From positions 45,588,111-45,652,110 of the forward strand of contig JAUZTB010000001.1 in assembly GCA_034780895.1 (NCBI GenBank): a stretch of 64,000 bases of DNA, in the 5' to 3' direction. Position 1 is the first letter of the stretch. Each line of letters begins with the position of its first letter. The position numbers and the translations under genes were made by a program. The notes below the pieces were generated by a model. That model was not told where the DNA came from. It saw only the letters and a list, made by a program, of their open reading frames with translations, and did not search any database. This document shows positions 25,085 through 38,045 of the stretch, piece after piece. This stretch comes from Rhynchobatus australiae (Eukaryota).

Positions 25085-25335
25085 GAACCAGGTCCTGACT
25101 GGTTGTACAGGGGCACGTGACGCCATTAAACTTTGTTTTATGGTTAGGGGAGTTGACAAGCCAAAATATAATTCACATCATATATTAGGTTAAGAGCAGA
25201 CAAGTGCAGATGGTTAGTGTTTTCGAGAAGGTCTGTGGAAAGTGACACCAAGAAGCTAGCTGTCCTGTTCCGCCGCTATGCATTTTAAGTGTCCAAGTGA
25301 CTTCTACCTTTACGCTGGAAAAGCAGCAAGTAAGT
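25085..25335 (+). promoter_or_regulatory. Distal Hox4/Hox3 promoter and putative non-coding first exon (donor after 25329)
   Basis: GACTGG...CACGTGAC.CCATTAAA...TTTTATGG..GGGGAGTTGACAAG..AAAATATAATTCACAT resembles the conserved Hox5-Hox4 intergenic promoter. Donor CAA|GTAAGT follows. Confidence 0.65.
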
Positions 25336-28300
25336 TCTTTCTAGTCGGTAACAGGGCTGGTGGACGCATGACACCTGATGTCATTCGAGACTCTTGGGCG
25401 CATGTACTGTTTCTTGGCTAGCCAAAAATATAGTCCAGCGTGAATTATTTCAACAGCCAACTGCAATAATGGCTGTACGTAATGAATAAGCACGAAATTA
25501 ATATCGCAATGAACTAATCAAATAAATATTGCATATGATATTCTATTTTAATTACAATTATAAATTGAGCAATGAAGTTTGTCATGATTGGTTAAGCATT
25601 CCTTTAAGGAAAAATAGAAACAAAATAAACATTATCTTAGATTATAAGCAAGTTTGAGTAGAATTCTTTACTAAATTACAGAGACTTCATGTTGTATTGA
25701 GCATTGGAAATGGCATTATAATGAAAAAAATACTCAATACTTCCTAATTGTTGTAGGATTTATATAAAAAAATAGAGCTTGGCGGGGAAATGCTATGCAC
25801 GGAATACCAAATACTTCCTTTTATCTGCGAAGCTATCTCAAATATACCTGGGAGATCGGAAATATTTTTAAAAAGCAAATCTGCACGTTATACAATCAAA
25901 TCTTCGTAACCTTTACTGAACCCCATATTAATTTGCTGATATTGTATAACATTGTTAAATAATCTCCTTAGTTATAGATGCCAAGGGTTTTATTCACTGT
26001 CCCGAGGGTTTTGTAATCGATCACATTCGTTGCAATTTGCATAAGAAATATAGAACAATGACGAACAAGGTGCTGCTTAACGTATAAAATAGTGAGCTTT
26101 CATTTTTTACAATTGTCTTCTGAAAGGGAACACTCTAACTGTTAAAGGTTCTGTAAGAGCGTTCCCTGCAAATTGCGCGATATTATTTGATTTTTTTTCT
26201 TCACTGATGAACATTGTAATATAATAGCAAGTGAACAAACCTTATGGCCTTATTTACTGTTACGCTGTGACATTATAAAGAGAAAGAGGGAAGATGATGA
26301 AATCATAAACTATATAAGCCGATATCCAACCACCGCACCCCCTCCCCTCCCATATTAACAGCAATAAAGTGTGAATAAATATCAAACATCACACTAAACT
26401 TGCACAATTCGAAAAGCCGAAATGAAAATTGCCCGCCCAGAGAACTGAAAGAAGAGTAATGCGCAGTTTTGCAAAAAAAATATGGCGCTTTGGTACTTCT
26501 TTCGCCACCTTAAGTTAATGGAAAACTCTAAAGCTATACTTTAACAATAGACAGGAATGAAGATTTTGAAATTCTTCGAGGTTAATGAGGTGGATCATCA
26601 AAACGAGTGAAAGCTTTATCTGCTATAAATGTTCAACGTCACTTGCACTGACAAAACAATGATTAGAACACATCGAGGAAACATCGAGAAACACGTCGAA
26701 AATATGTTTTAAGGGCGAATTATAGCGGAAGGATGATTTTATTTACTATCCAGTGTATCATTATAAATTGATGTTTTATTCATATATAACTTCTTTTGAG
26801 ATAATAAGTAAATAATATTTTCCTTAATTGAAGAGAGATTAAAAAGAGTACATCAGCCAATGTAAATGACGACAATAATCTAAAGGAATTGTTGAAAGAA
26901 TACTTTATGTGAACTATACCTCATTTTACGTTCTCCCTATATTTAAGTAAAGGAATAAAAACTGGCACGATCGGATCAATTAGCAGGTCAAAGCATAAAT
27001 TATCGAATTTCTGTTTTCAATCCTGCACTATAAAAACGCGGGCTCATAATTCCACTAAAATTACAGATCACAATGAAAATGTTTGACTTTGCAAGGAAAA
27101 TGTCCACCTCGCTCCGCAGTTAACAATATTTCGGTTACTTTAGAAAATCCAGCTGTTCTCATATTTTGCATTGAGTGCTATATTATGTGATTTACTTACA
27201 TATATTGTTTTTGTTTTATTGCAGACCTGATAGAATGGAGGAAGCACGGCAGTAAGTAGCAATGAATTATTTCTTAATCGTGTGGCGAATGGCTGGAAAC
27301 GGTTTGCTGTTGTGAATGTGGAATTTATGGAAACTGAATATGTTGTTGCATTGTGAGTCTAAGAGGAGTGGTAACTTGGATTCTGAAATGATTCCAGTGA
27401 TAATTGTTATGAACACTTGCATTCTTTGTGATATTCTAATTGTGATAACGATGATTGAGCCATCTTGTAATGACATTCTATTTCCTTGAAAGGGATAGAA
27501 TTGTTATTGTACAAAGTGCGTTTAAAACATGATTATCTTTAAATCTAATTACCAATGACAGTATGGTACAGAAGCAGATTTAACTGGCTTGTTATTATGA
27601 AGCGGCAATGCGGCACAGCGCCTCCCAGTGCAAGGCTGCATTTTTAAAAGGTCATTTGGAGGAAAGTTATTGTTCCGGTTTCAACATCTGCAAAAACGAT
27701 TTGGCAAATGACGTGGTTATAATTATAGTAGATGTTTAAAGTTTACTCTTAATGAGCTAACAGAGGCGTGTAGGATAAATCAAATGTTAAAGCTGCCCAG
27801 ATATCATAGCCGTTGTGTACATGTAGGCCAAACATCGAGCCTTGTGCTTGCGAACATATAAGATGTAGTATTCGTTTAACTAAAGAATAATACTTCTTTA
27901 CTTGAATGATCTCTTCGCCAGGCTTGTCTGTTTAAAATGTCGCGGGCAGTTTGTACATGTTGATCAGCTCGTTGGTGGAATAATTAATAATTAAAGACTC
28001 AATGCTTATAAAATTCTACTTTCTAAAATAGAAATGCGATACTGTACCTTTTCTAGTTTGTTAACGTAGTAACAGGATCACGGGGATAATTTTACCCTAT
28101 CGTTTTAAAATTGTGCATTTAAGTGAAATGGTATCAGCATTTGTATAACAAAAAAAACTGAGGATTTTACTCGTCAAATTAGACAGATTCGACCCTCATA
28201 TTTCAAAGGGACTGTGTAACATCCAGTTGGATTAGAATTTGGTCACCATAAAACAATAATACAATATTCAAATTCTATCTTATTTACACCAGGGATAGTA

Positions 28301-28965
28301 TATGTTTCGCTTCACCTTTGGTCTACTATTGCTTCTTCACTTAATAATCTCTACCAGGATATCAAATCCAAATTTTACAGAAGCTAACCTCTCTACACGC
28401 GATATTCGACACAACCACTCTTCAAGCAACAGCATAGTTTTACCGCTAGATAAACGTTGAGCAACGACTCACTTTAAATAGGTCCAGATAATGTTTAACG
28501 GGGATTCGCAAAGCAATGGCCCAGCGCCATGGATCCATCGTTTCAGCACTAGTTTTACAATGTGAATCTTTAGGCGTTGATAAATAATGAAGGACAATTG
28601 GTGCTGAAAAGCAAAACAGTCTTGCTTATGCTGAACCGGCCTCTGCAAGAAAATGGCTTTCTGGGTCAGTAGAAAGGTGAACTTTTTAAAAATTCAATTT
28701 TGTTTTTAAAATCGGTGTACTTATACATAGGAAAGCTCTTAGCAGGCTGTTGACAATAATAGCTTTCATTGAACCACTGAATCTATGAATAAATATAGGG
28801 TTCACTTCCCAAACACTTACTTTGCATTGACATTCTCTAGGTCAAAATCTGCTAGATCAAAAGTCGCAGCACTTGTGTGGGCAGTTAAAAAAAGAGGTGA
28901 ATTTTAATCGGGTTTGTTCATCAATAACTCTTTGGCATTGACCTGTCTGAACGAGTCGAGCAGTA

Positions 28966-28982
28966 AGGTGAAATGCAGGTCA
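28966..28982 (+). promoter_or_regulatory. HoxD4 5' DR5 retinoic acid response element
   Basis: AGGTGA aatgc AGGTCA, the same as the known Hoxd4 upstream RARE, about 3.1 kb 5' of the ATG. Confidence 0.9.
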
Positions 28983-30603
28983 CAGCGTCTAACAAATATT
29001 AAAATGTGTAGCACCAATCAGCTTCACAATGTGCGATAATCTGAACTATAAAGAGATTTGGCTTTCGAATTATCGGATGATGTAATGATATCTGGTATTT
29101 TCTGTGCAAAAAGGCTTTTAAAAGCAGAATTCACTGCTGGTGCTTTCGTTGGCGCCATTGGTTGTTGAAAACTGTTTAGCTCTTTTCTTTCCTCATCCAC
29201 TGGGTAAATGAAAAAAAAATCACAGGTAAATAAGATCAGCGACGTGATGTTTTTTTTACAAAGGTAAAATAATTGCAGTAACATACTGAGTTATTAAACA
29301 AAAACTGGAACATTTGTGAAGGAGTAGTTAGGCTGTTCTGCCACAGAGCGTAGATAAACCGAAACCTTTGTTGTAGAGGGAAAGGACGGAGGAATACACA
29401 AGTGAAGATACAGTTCACAGTTAGAAAGTTCAGCTTCAGTGCTACATTGTGATCCATACATCTCAGATCATTTAAGTGCATTTTTGTACTGATGAACGCA
29501 CTTATTCTTTTTCGTTAGCGTGGTTTTACAATTGTTCTCAGCCTGCCACTCGCGTGCCTAGCTTTTTAACCAGAAATGCAAGGACACGATTACCGTCAGT
29601 TTAGCTGAGCAGTTGGTTCGAAAAGACTCACACACTTTGAAAAGGTCATGCGTTAGGCTGTAGCTAAAGTGAAAATAATAATGCAACTTTCCGATGTGTT
29701 TGCAAATGATTTCAGTCTGACCCCGTGCCCTTCAGCCTTTAACACGCAACGTGGTGGCACTACAGGCACAGTGAGGACAGCCAAGAAAGGAACCTGTAAT
29801 GCACTAGAGTTTAGAAAACACCTTAGATATATTTGAACCAAATGGAATCTGATAAACTATCGGATCAAATTCTATATTTTTCCCTGCATGCGGCCATCCA
29901 ATTGGCTTGAGTTCTCGCCAGATTTTGAAGCATACTGTCGGCAGCATTTTTTGATCATGCTCCCTGGAAATGAGAGAGATTAAGAACAGAACAAACAATC
30001 CCCATTTTCCTGGGATGCTCTCATTTTGTGAAAGTGGCAATGAGTGGCAAACGCTTTGGAGTAAACCAATATTTGTGCTATCATGTTTAAATTGTATTTG
30101 ATTAGTTTTAGCGATTGTTTAGACCGGGCTATATTTGTTATCAAATCCTGCGGTTTGTTAGTGGTGAGTTCAAATTATTAGCATCTGGAGCAATTATTGA
30201 TTCACGCTGGGGCACTTAGTTATGTGAGCTGGAGCGGATCGGTACAAACTGCTTCCTATAAAATCTTTGTGATATACGAAGGGTTCACAAAACACAGCAA
30301 CAAATAGTAACTTCTGCCTTGTAAACTGTATGCTAAAACTGGCTCTGCACGCTGATTCATGTTGCTGCCACTGCCGAACAATGCAAATATAAATGTTTGC
30401 TCACCCTTGTTACCAAATTTAAAGGATCAGTTTGTAGCATTTTTCAATGGCTAAACAACTACGTGATTTAACAAGAACTGCGCTTGATTTTAATTTCTTA
30501 TTTATTAATATTACACGTCATTAACTCCTTGGGGATCGCTTTCCACTGCAGTCTTTTAAACTATTTTATCATTGTGTAATTGGTCACCGAATTTGTTTGT
30601 AAC

Positions 30604-30688
30604 CCGTCGTCTATATATACCCTGTAGAACCGAATTTGTGTGATGTTTCGGTCACAGATTCGTTTCTAGGGGAGTATATGGTCGATGC
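30604..30688 (+). ncRNA. MIR10B: pre-miR-10b hairpin (mature 5p at 30618-30640; 3p at about 30654-30675)
   Basis: TACCCTGTAGAACCGAATTTGTG equals miR-10b-5p. The 3' arm ACAGATTCGTTTCTAGGGGAGT pairs with it. Canonical position upstream of HoxD4. Confidence 0.97.
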
Positions 30689-31939
30689 CAACACTACGAA
30701 AATCAGCAATTTGCACTTCGTGGCTTTTACTACTTAGACTGATTTAGTTCTAAGTAATACTCAATGATTTGGAATAACCTTTTTTTTAAAAAAAAATGAA
30801 CCCACTTTTCAATGTTGCTTTTAAATTTCACCGCTCAGAATTAAATAGCTTATTTCGGCTACCCTATACAAAATAAATATGATGCTCAATGTGTTGATTT
30901 ACTGACAATTATTCAGAAAACAGTCGATTCTAAACTTCTGGGATTATTCTCCGGAAATATATGATTATTGAAACTTAAGTATTTCTTTCTGAATACTACC
31001 CGTTTCCATGGCGATGGCGATAAATTATCTGCAAAGACTGGCTTACAATTTTGCACCGCGTTTGACCAATTTACGATGCTTCTGAATTACATCGAACCAG
31101 ATAACGTCTTTGGTTAAAACTTAAAAACCGAATCATACATATTGCAGATAAAGGAGTTAGAAATGCGTTACTGCGTTAGTTTAAGAAAGATAATAGGTGG
31201 TAAGATGTGAGAAGAAGAAAACGAATTGTCAAGATATTAAAGCAAAAACGCTTGTTAGTGAGGCAAGGTCATCAAATACAAAACTAGTTAAAACTTATAT
31301 TCTACTCTACCAAATTATTGAACTTTCAGAGCGAAGTGTTTTGACCTTACAATGTCCTTAAGCAACACGTGTAAAGTGTTCTACGTGATACTGAAAGCCT
31401 TGTTCTGACTTTATCGGGAGTAGACCATGTTTGCCTCTGAATAACTTTGACTAAAAGACCTTCGTGCATCTGTAATGGCTGTAATTATTTTCCTCAGCTC
31501 CGTTATTCCTTTTTTTGGCTAACTGGATGCTTCCTTTGTCACCCTGCGTACGTTGGATTGCCTGCCGTTTCTTCAAGTACCCTCGCTATTGTCATACTGC
31601 TCTCGGGCGAAAACAACAACAACAAATGCGAGCACGCCGAATGCCTGGTCTATCCTTGATTTATATGGAAAGCGACAAGGAATGGTCGAAAATTCTCTTT
31701 GGACAAAAGAGCAAATTACCTGAGCATTTTTCGGGCGCTCAGTGAATGATCATTATTCTCTCCAATGGAAACCGCTATTATATGCATTTTCCGGAAACTA
31801 TTTCAAATACTTAGTGGCTGCTGGAAAAATAATAAAGACGATGCAGAATTTATTTTATTTTTTAAATCAAGATTTTCTGGACGAAGTTTGTAAAATTTGT
31901 CATTAGCTGTTTCCTTATCCGGGAATCGGGCCCAGCCCA

Positions 31940-32063
31940 GCCATTGGCTCTCACAGTCACATGGGTGACTAACTTTATTCAGTTGACAGCAAGTAGGAGG
32001 GCTTTATGGAACGGGAAAAAAGACAACTCGAGAAAAATTAGTATTTTCCACCTTCAGAAATTA
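31940..32063 (+). promoter_or_regulatory. Conserved Hox4 proximal promoter / 5'UTR
   Basis: CCATTGG...GTCACATGG..CTAACTTTATTCAGTTGACAGCAAGTAGGAGGGC...CGAGAAAAATTA...CAGAAATTAATG, the characteristic paralogy-group-4 leader. Confidence 0.85.
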
Positions 32064-33206
32064 ATGACCATGAGTTCGTATTTGATGAACTCTAAATATG
32101 TGGATCCCAAATTTCCTCCTTGCGAGGAATACTCGCAAAATAACTACATACCTGACCACTGCTCAGAGTATTACAGCCAGCCGCAGGACACTGATTTTCA
32201 GCACCAAGGAGTCTATCCACGGTCAAACTACAGCGGCCAGTCGTACAGCTGCAGCACCGCTCGGGGCTCTCCAGTGCAGCAGAGGGGTCATGTGCAGGCA
32301 CAGCCCGCTCCTCAGAACCACCTCACAGGACAGGGGGAGCCCGTTGCACCGCTCCAAGTGTCCATAGCTCGGCCTTGCAGCCAGCAGCAACACAATACAA
32401 AGAATCAAAACGGCACAGCAACCAAACAGCCAGCAGTGGTTTATCCTTGGATGAAGAAAATCCACGTTAACACGGGTAAGGTCCACTTTTTAGTTCCCCC
32501 CCCCACCCCCACCCCCTCCGCCATCGCCACCCCTAGCAAATATTTGTGACCCATTGGTATCGGTCTACCGTAAATAACTCCTTCAAAGGAGGATTTATGA
32601 GCGGTTTTTAAAAAGACCGGCAATTACACCCATCATAAATTTTTATTGCTGAGGAAATAGGCCGCTGGCCATGTGGCTGACTCCATGTGAAAACTCGAGC
32701 CTGAGAGTAACAGGGACATGTTATATCTCCGTTTCGCCGAGAACTTTAAAGTGATCCTGAGTAATAATAGATATTTGGACTTTTTAACAGGGGTAGTGTT
32801 AGAGGGGTGCAATGTGCGTGAGGATTGCAGAATGGAAGCGGCTGACAAACTTTAGGTTCAGATTTGAATGGTTTTTGAATTGTTTTGTTTTTCAGTGAAT
32901 CCTAGTTACACTGGAGGGGAACCAAAACGTTCACGAACTGCCTATACAAGGCAGCAGGTTTTAGAACTGGAAAAGGAATTCCATTTTAACAGGTATCTGA
33001 CAAGACGACGTCGTATTGAAATAGCCCACACTTTATGTCTTTCCGAACGCCAGATCAAAATTTGGTTTCAGAACCGAAGGATGAAGTGGAAAAAAGATCA
33101 CAAATTGCCAAACACTAAGACCAGATCGTCTAGTTCTTCTTCTGCTTCCAGTCAACAGTCACAAACTGTTTCCAAGGACCAACAAACAGACCTCACAAGT
33201 TTATAG
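32064..33206 (+). CDS. HOXD4: Homeobox protein Hox-D4, join(32064..32475,32896..33206), 240 aa
   Basis: [38 protein letters not shown], phase-1 intron, [67 protein letters not shown]-terminal TDLTSL (D4-like). Confidence 0.97.
32592..32650 (+). promoter_or_regulatory. HB-1-type homeodomain-binding element in the Hox4 intron
   Basis: GATTTATGA...CAATTACA.CCATCATAAATTTTTATTGC, matching the conserved Hox4 intronic HB-1 motif cluster. Confidence 0.75.
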
Positions 33207-35719
33207 AACAACATCTTATAAGTGGTTCTTTAAGTGTAAATAATGAGACATTTCCAGGCAGAAATTGCATGTACCGATAACATGGCTTGTAGGTGCTTTC
33301 CTGTTGCTTTTTACGGCATTGAAGGGACCTTATCTTATACAGTCACCTTGTTCTTAAATGTAGGAAATGAAACAAAAAGGGTAAAGTTATCTTAGCTCCA
33401 ATAGAAACGATTGCGACTCTAGTAAGTGGCTGTTCTTACCATACAACACACCTTAGTAACCTTAATAAGTGCAAGGTACTAAGACATGAAGACATGGTGA
33501 GGTATACGGTTCAGGAAGGTACATGTATAGTCTGCTAGCATGAAATCGAAAGGCTGCGACGCTTGTTCATGGTCTTTTTTATTTTATAATGAAGGCTCAG
33601 CGATTTGTTGTGGTAATTTCTTATTTCCACGGCTATTTTGCTCGTAATGTGTATTTTTGCGAATCCATCTCTTTGTGTATATTGTGTTGATATTCGAGAT
33701 TTATAGTGATCAGGAATTAGACAGTGTTTTGTGGTTTCTTTATTTAAAATAAGAGAATGGTATTTGTATTGTGCTGCTGAATGGATTATTGTTACAATGC
33801 AAGATTGCATACATTTTTATGTTCAAGAATGATACCAAAATTCGTACGCACTACTAAAGTTCGAAAATAAATTAGTAGTAACAAGCTGAATCGCGTGAGT
33901 AGTTTTCCTTTTTGGTATCTGTTTATATGTTCTTGTATATGACTACAGCTAGTGTTGCGACGCTGTCGTGAACAAATGCCATGAAAAGAAACCCTGCATA
34001 TCCCTTTCTGTAAGAATGCAAAATGCCAAAGAAAAAGGTGATCAATATCAAATACCCACAGCAGCAACCGATATTGTCTCATGCAAGATTTCTGACAGAG
34101 AAATGTGCTTAGTGGAATATTGCAGCAGTACTTTGTGTTCAGGGCGCTTGTTAAACTCTGTTTCTCGGTTTGTTGGTTGATAAATGAGTAAGCTGGTTAC
34201 ACCAATCTGTGAACGTTTAGTATTACAAGTGGGAATGTGTTTCCTTTCGATTTTTTTCCAGAACGGATGAGCGAACAACAATACGACAAGGTACACAGTT
34301 TAGAAACAGAAAACGGTCTGCACGTAGGATATTTTGTTTTGTAAAGAGCCCTGTTCGTTTTTCCAATCTATTAATCTGCAGAGACACATGGGTGGTTGAT
34401 TTAGAGGGGCAAAGACAATAGCTGAGACTCTCTTCAATTAGGTAATTTACACCGAAACACAAATTGCTGAAGATTCTTGTTTCTGTTTGTTAGACGGGAG
34501 CTAATGCTGGGAAACGAGTTAGGACTTCCTGAAATATAAGATTCTCTGTCCCGTGCCAACATTCTCACGATATCAATCAGAGGCACGCTGGGATGTAATC
34601 GAGATTTCGCACTTAGTTCCTTTATGCAACGCTTTAAAACAGTCATTCATAGCATGATATCCAGATGTTTTAAACAGAATAAAGTCTCCGCTGTTTTACG
34701 AAGGGAAAGCTCAGTAGATGTTTTGATACACCTACTTGCTGCTTCGATTTTACCATAAGCTTTAAACCAAATGAATTCATGTCTCTGTGGTTTCAAACAC
34801 AGCATCTATTNNNNNNNNNNNNNNNNNNNNNNNNNNNNNNNNNNNNNNNNNNNNNNNNNNNNNNNNNNNNNNNNNNNNNNNNNNNNNNNNNNNNNNNNNN
34901 NNNNNNNNNNTAGATTATTACACACCAGGATTTTCAGGTTATGTTATTCAATGTAAGTTTTGGGGGAAACGTCCAATCATTGGAAGAGTATTCCCTCACC
35001 ATGGGGTAGTTTTCTTTAATCTGAGATAGCCATGAAAGTAAAGAAAGGGAGCGATGGTGTATCCAGCTCTGTGAGTACAATTGAAGGTTATCTCCTCATG
35101 CTTTTCTTTAAATTGCGGTCAAAATAGGTGTGTTAAATTTAAGTTGTTTTGTATATTTTATCAGAAACATTCGAGCTATATTAAAGGATGACGAGTATCC
35201 ACAACATTGGCTCATCATTCTAAAGCTAATGGTAGAAATGAATACAAAGGGATAAAGTCCGATGGGGTTCGCGTTATTGTGCTATCTACTCTTCTAAAAG
35301 GAGGCTCGAGTCAAAAGAGCGCTCAGGAAATCATCATCCGCAACCGCACAGCAATTTTAATAGGACACCAGATAGCCACCAAGATACAAGTGTAAGAAAA
35401 CTTATTTCCTTGGAATTTAGGCTTCAATCCGATTTTGTAGTATTCAGCAACAAAAGAAAGTTGGCGATGCCGCTGTTTTCCTGTCCCTTCCCTGCCCTGC
35501 AAGCTTGCAGCTGGCTTAGCTGGACATGGTCTGTTTGAAAAGGCGAATTCCACGATTCTTTTGTTCTTTATAGGGTAAGCCGTGTAGTTCTCAGACTTGC
35601 ACATGACATTACTATAATATATCCACGTCTTGATATTATAAATGAGTGATATTCTCTATTCCATTTAAATCATTGTCTCCATTACAAAACCCTAAGGTTC
35701 ACGCGTAGCAAAGATGTCC

Positions 35720-35870
35720 TTTTCTGACGCCTTCATGTTGAGAAGCTGAAAAGGTATTTTACTGAAGTTCGGCTAAACTGTAGAAACAGGTTCACCAAGA
35801 GGACAAATTTTCTATTCGATTAGCTGTATTTCAGCCTGGAGGACTGACCTCTAAACCCTTGACCTTTTGG
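35720..35870 (+). promoter_or_regulatory. HoxD4 3' neural enhancer containing a DR5 RARE (35789-35805)
   Basis: GGTTCA ccaag AGGACA followed by TTTTCT..TCGATTAGCTGTATT...TGACCT...TGACCTTT, the conserved PG4 3' RARE block. Confidence 0.85.
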
Positions 35871-37934
35871 ACTCAATCCTACCCTTCGCCTTTTCTATGT
35901 GTTTTAACACAGACACTATCTAGTTAAAGCAAAGTGAAATAAGTTCTCACGTATGAACTATTCTAATTTCTGAAACTGGCGAATTGTCCATCCATTCAAT
36001 GGAAGTGCGGATTTTCGTACGATGCCCCGTGCCACCAAACTCCACTTTTCTTTGGTCCTCACACCTTGACAAAGCTGAGATTTTAGCTTTTGATTTCACT
36101 TGATCTCTGACGAGGATTGTAGAAGCAGATGATTCAATTGGCTTCAATATTCGCTTATTTCTAGACAGTGTGGCTGCACTTTATCTTTGCTCCTTGAATA
36201 AAGCGAGCGTACAAAAACACACCCAAACATTTACTTCTAACACTTGCACCCAAGATCCGCACTACATTCTTTCTGTACAGAATGACAATAAAAAGTCATC
36301 CTGCCCTATTCATTTTCCTGCACAAAATACTCGAAATTGCGTTATAACATTTGCATCGAATAAAGGTTTTTCAATTCAGCATTCAATCTACTAATATTAC
36401 CTAAAACATAGCAGAAAAGCACAACATTGCAGAATAAAATGAGAGTCATACATTGGAAACAATTCTATTCTCAAGCACAGTTGCATCCATATAATGGATA
36501 AAAGTCCGTATAATTTCGTCATTATTCAATTTTTAATTACAGAAGACACATTTTCGACACGAAGCGGACGCAGATCCTATTGTGTTGGTGTTTCGGTCTG
36601 TCCCATGTTAATGCTAATATATATCTCATAATCAACTTGCTGCAAAAGCCACCACTTCTCCCACCACCACCACCACCCCCTCCCTTAAAAAAAAATCGCA
36701 TCTCTCTCCATGAAAGTTGAATACAATAGATCTAACCAGGTAACATGAAATTAAAAGTATTTTCCTAAAGCAGTCTAATCACTAAAACTGAGATCCAATG
36801 TATGCGAACAACCGGAATGGGCAGTAATTAATCAACGGCATATATTGTCTTTTCCTTGATAAATCTAAAATGCGTAAGTATATATGTTGAAAGAGGCTGT
36901 AAGCAGTATGTGCTTTCACTTTAGTGCAATAACTATCCCCTTGAAAAGTATCTCACTTTTAACCGGAGTTAGCACCAAGGTCAATTGATAACGTCTCACC
37001 TTCATTTAAGTATGTAATTTATCAATATTTAACCTATCCAGCCACATGTATTAGTGCAGGCACCGGCTACAATTTATAATTCAAATGATTTAAATTCAAA
37101 GGCTTAATTATTTCAGCTTCTTTCACTATATCATTTGTCAGATAAATACCGAGTACTCAAACATAAGACGTATAGAACATAAAAGTCAACAACATTATGA
37201 TTTCTGAACTGTTATATCATTCAAAATTCATAACGTCAGATGTAATATCAATCACAATCAATCATATAACATATTTATATCAATGACTGCACAGCACAAC
37301 TCCCATAACCACATATTACCCTATATATAGGCGTGTGTTGTTTGCATGCATTTATGTATTTTTCTGTTGAGGAAAATATTTTGTATGCAGTCATACATGC
37401 ACACATGTGTGCACATGTGAACATGTATTGATATCTTCAGATATATATGTATATTTGTATGTATGTAAGACTATATATGCGTGGGTATGTGATAATCTAT
37501 AGGTGTATTTAATGCATTCACTTGTGTTTATATCTATGGGTATCAAATAACTAAATGCATGGATAAACTCTACCACCTTTGATTAGTTTATTTCCTCAGA
37601 TATGAAAACCTCTTAAAATGTAGTATAATTAGACAAATCTTAACAAACCAAAACCAAATTGTTGTAAGTACACCGCCCGGTTGCTTCGATTCTAGCCTGG
37701 AACAAGAAACAGCTGAAAGGAAGGCAAAGAGTCAATACGACCATGCCATAGGCTGGTCATTCAAAGTGGGACAAAGCTGATGCAGCCCATCGCTTCTAAA
37801 CAGCCATATTTGTTGGTCTTTCGCTTTAGAGTGTTAAAATATATTTGCCAATCTGATAGTTCTCAAACGATAAAGACTTTTGCATTTTATGACTATGTCC
37901 AGGAGAGGTGGTAAGATTTTATGTATCCTTTTAT

Positions 37935-38045
37935 ATTTGATTCGGCCACGTGATTTACTAAATAATTAATGCAGTACGTCCCGAAAGAAACACGGCGTCG
38001 TCATTAATCGGCCAAGCAAAGGACTCTATCACACTTGAAAAGTGA
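37935..38045 (+). promoter_or_regulatory. Hox4-Hox3 intergenic conserved element (E-box plus TAATTAAT/CATTAAT Hox sites)
   Basis: GGCCACGTGATTTACTAAATAATTAATGCAG...GTCGTCATTAATC. Resembles conserved blocks in HoxA/B/D as recalled. Confidence 0.55.

Noticed and set aside
27600-27645. Resemblance to the 5' tRNA-like head of an HE1-type SINE
   Set aside because: Only about 35 nt of patchy match, with no B-box, body or tail.
35696-35712. Second DR5 RARE (GGTTCA cgcgt AGCAAA)
   Set aside because: The second half-site is too degenerate.
37380-37560. AT-rich TATG/CACA-type stretch as a structured repeat array
   Set aside because: It is a degenerate low-complexity microsatellite without a consistent unit.
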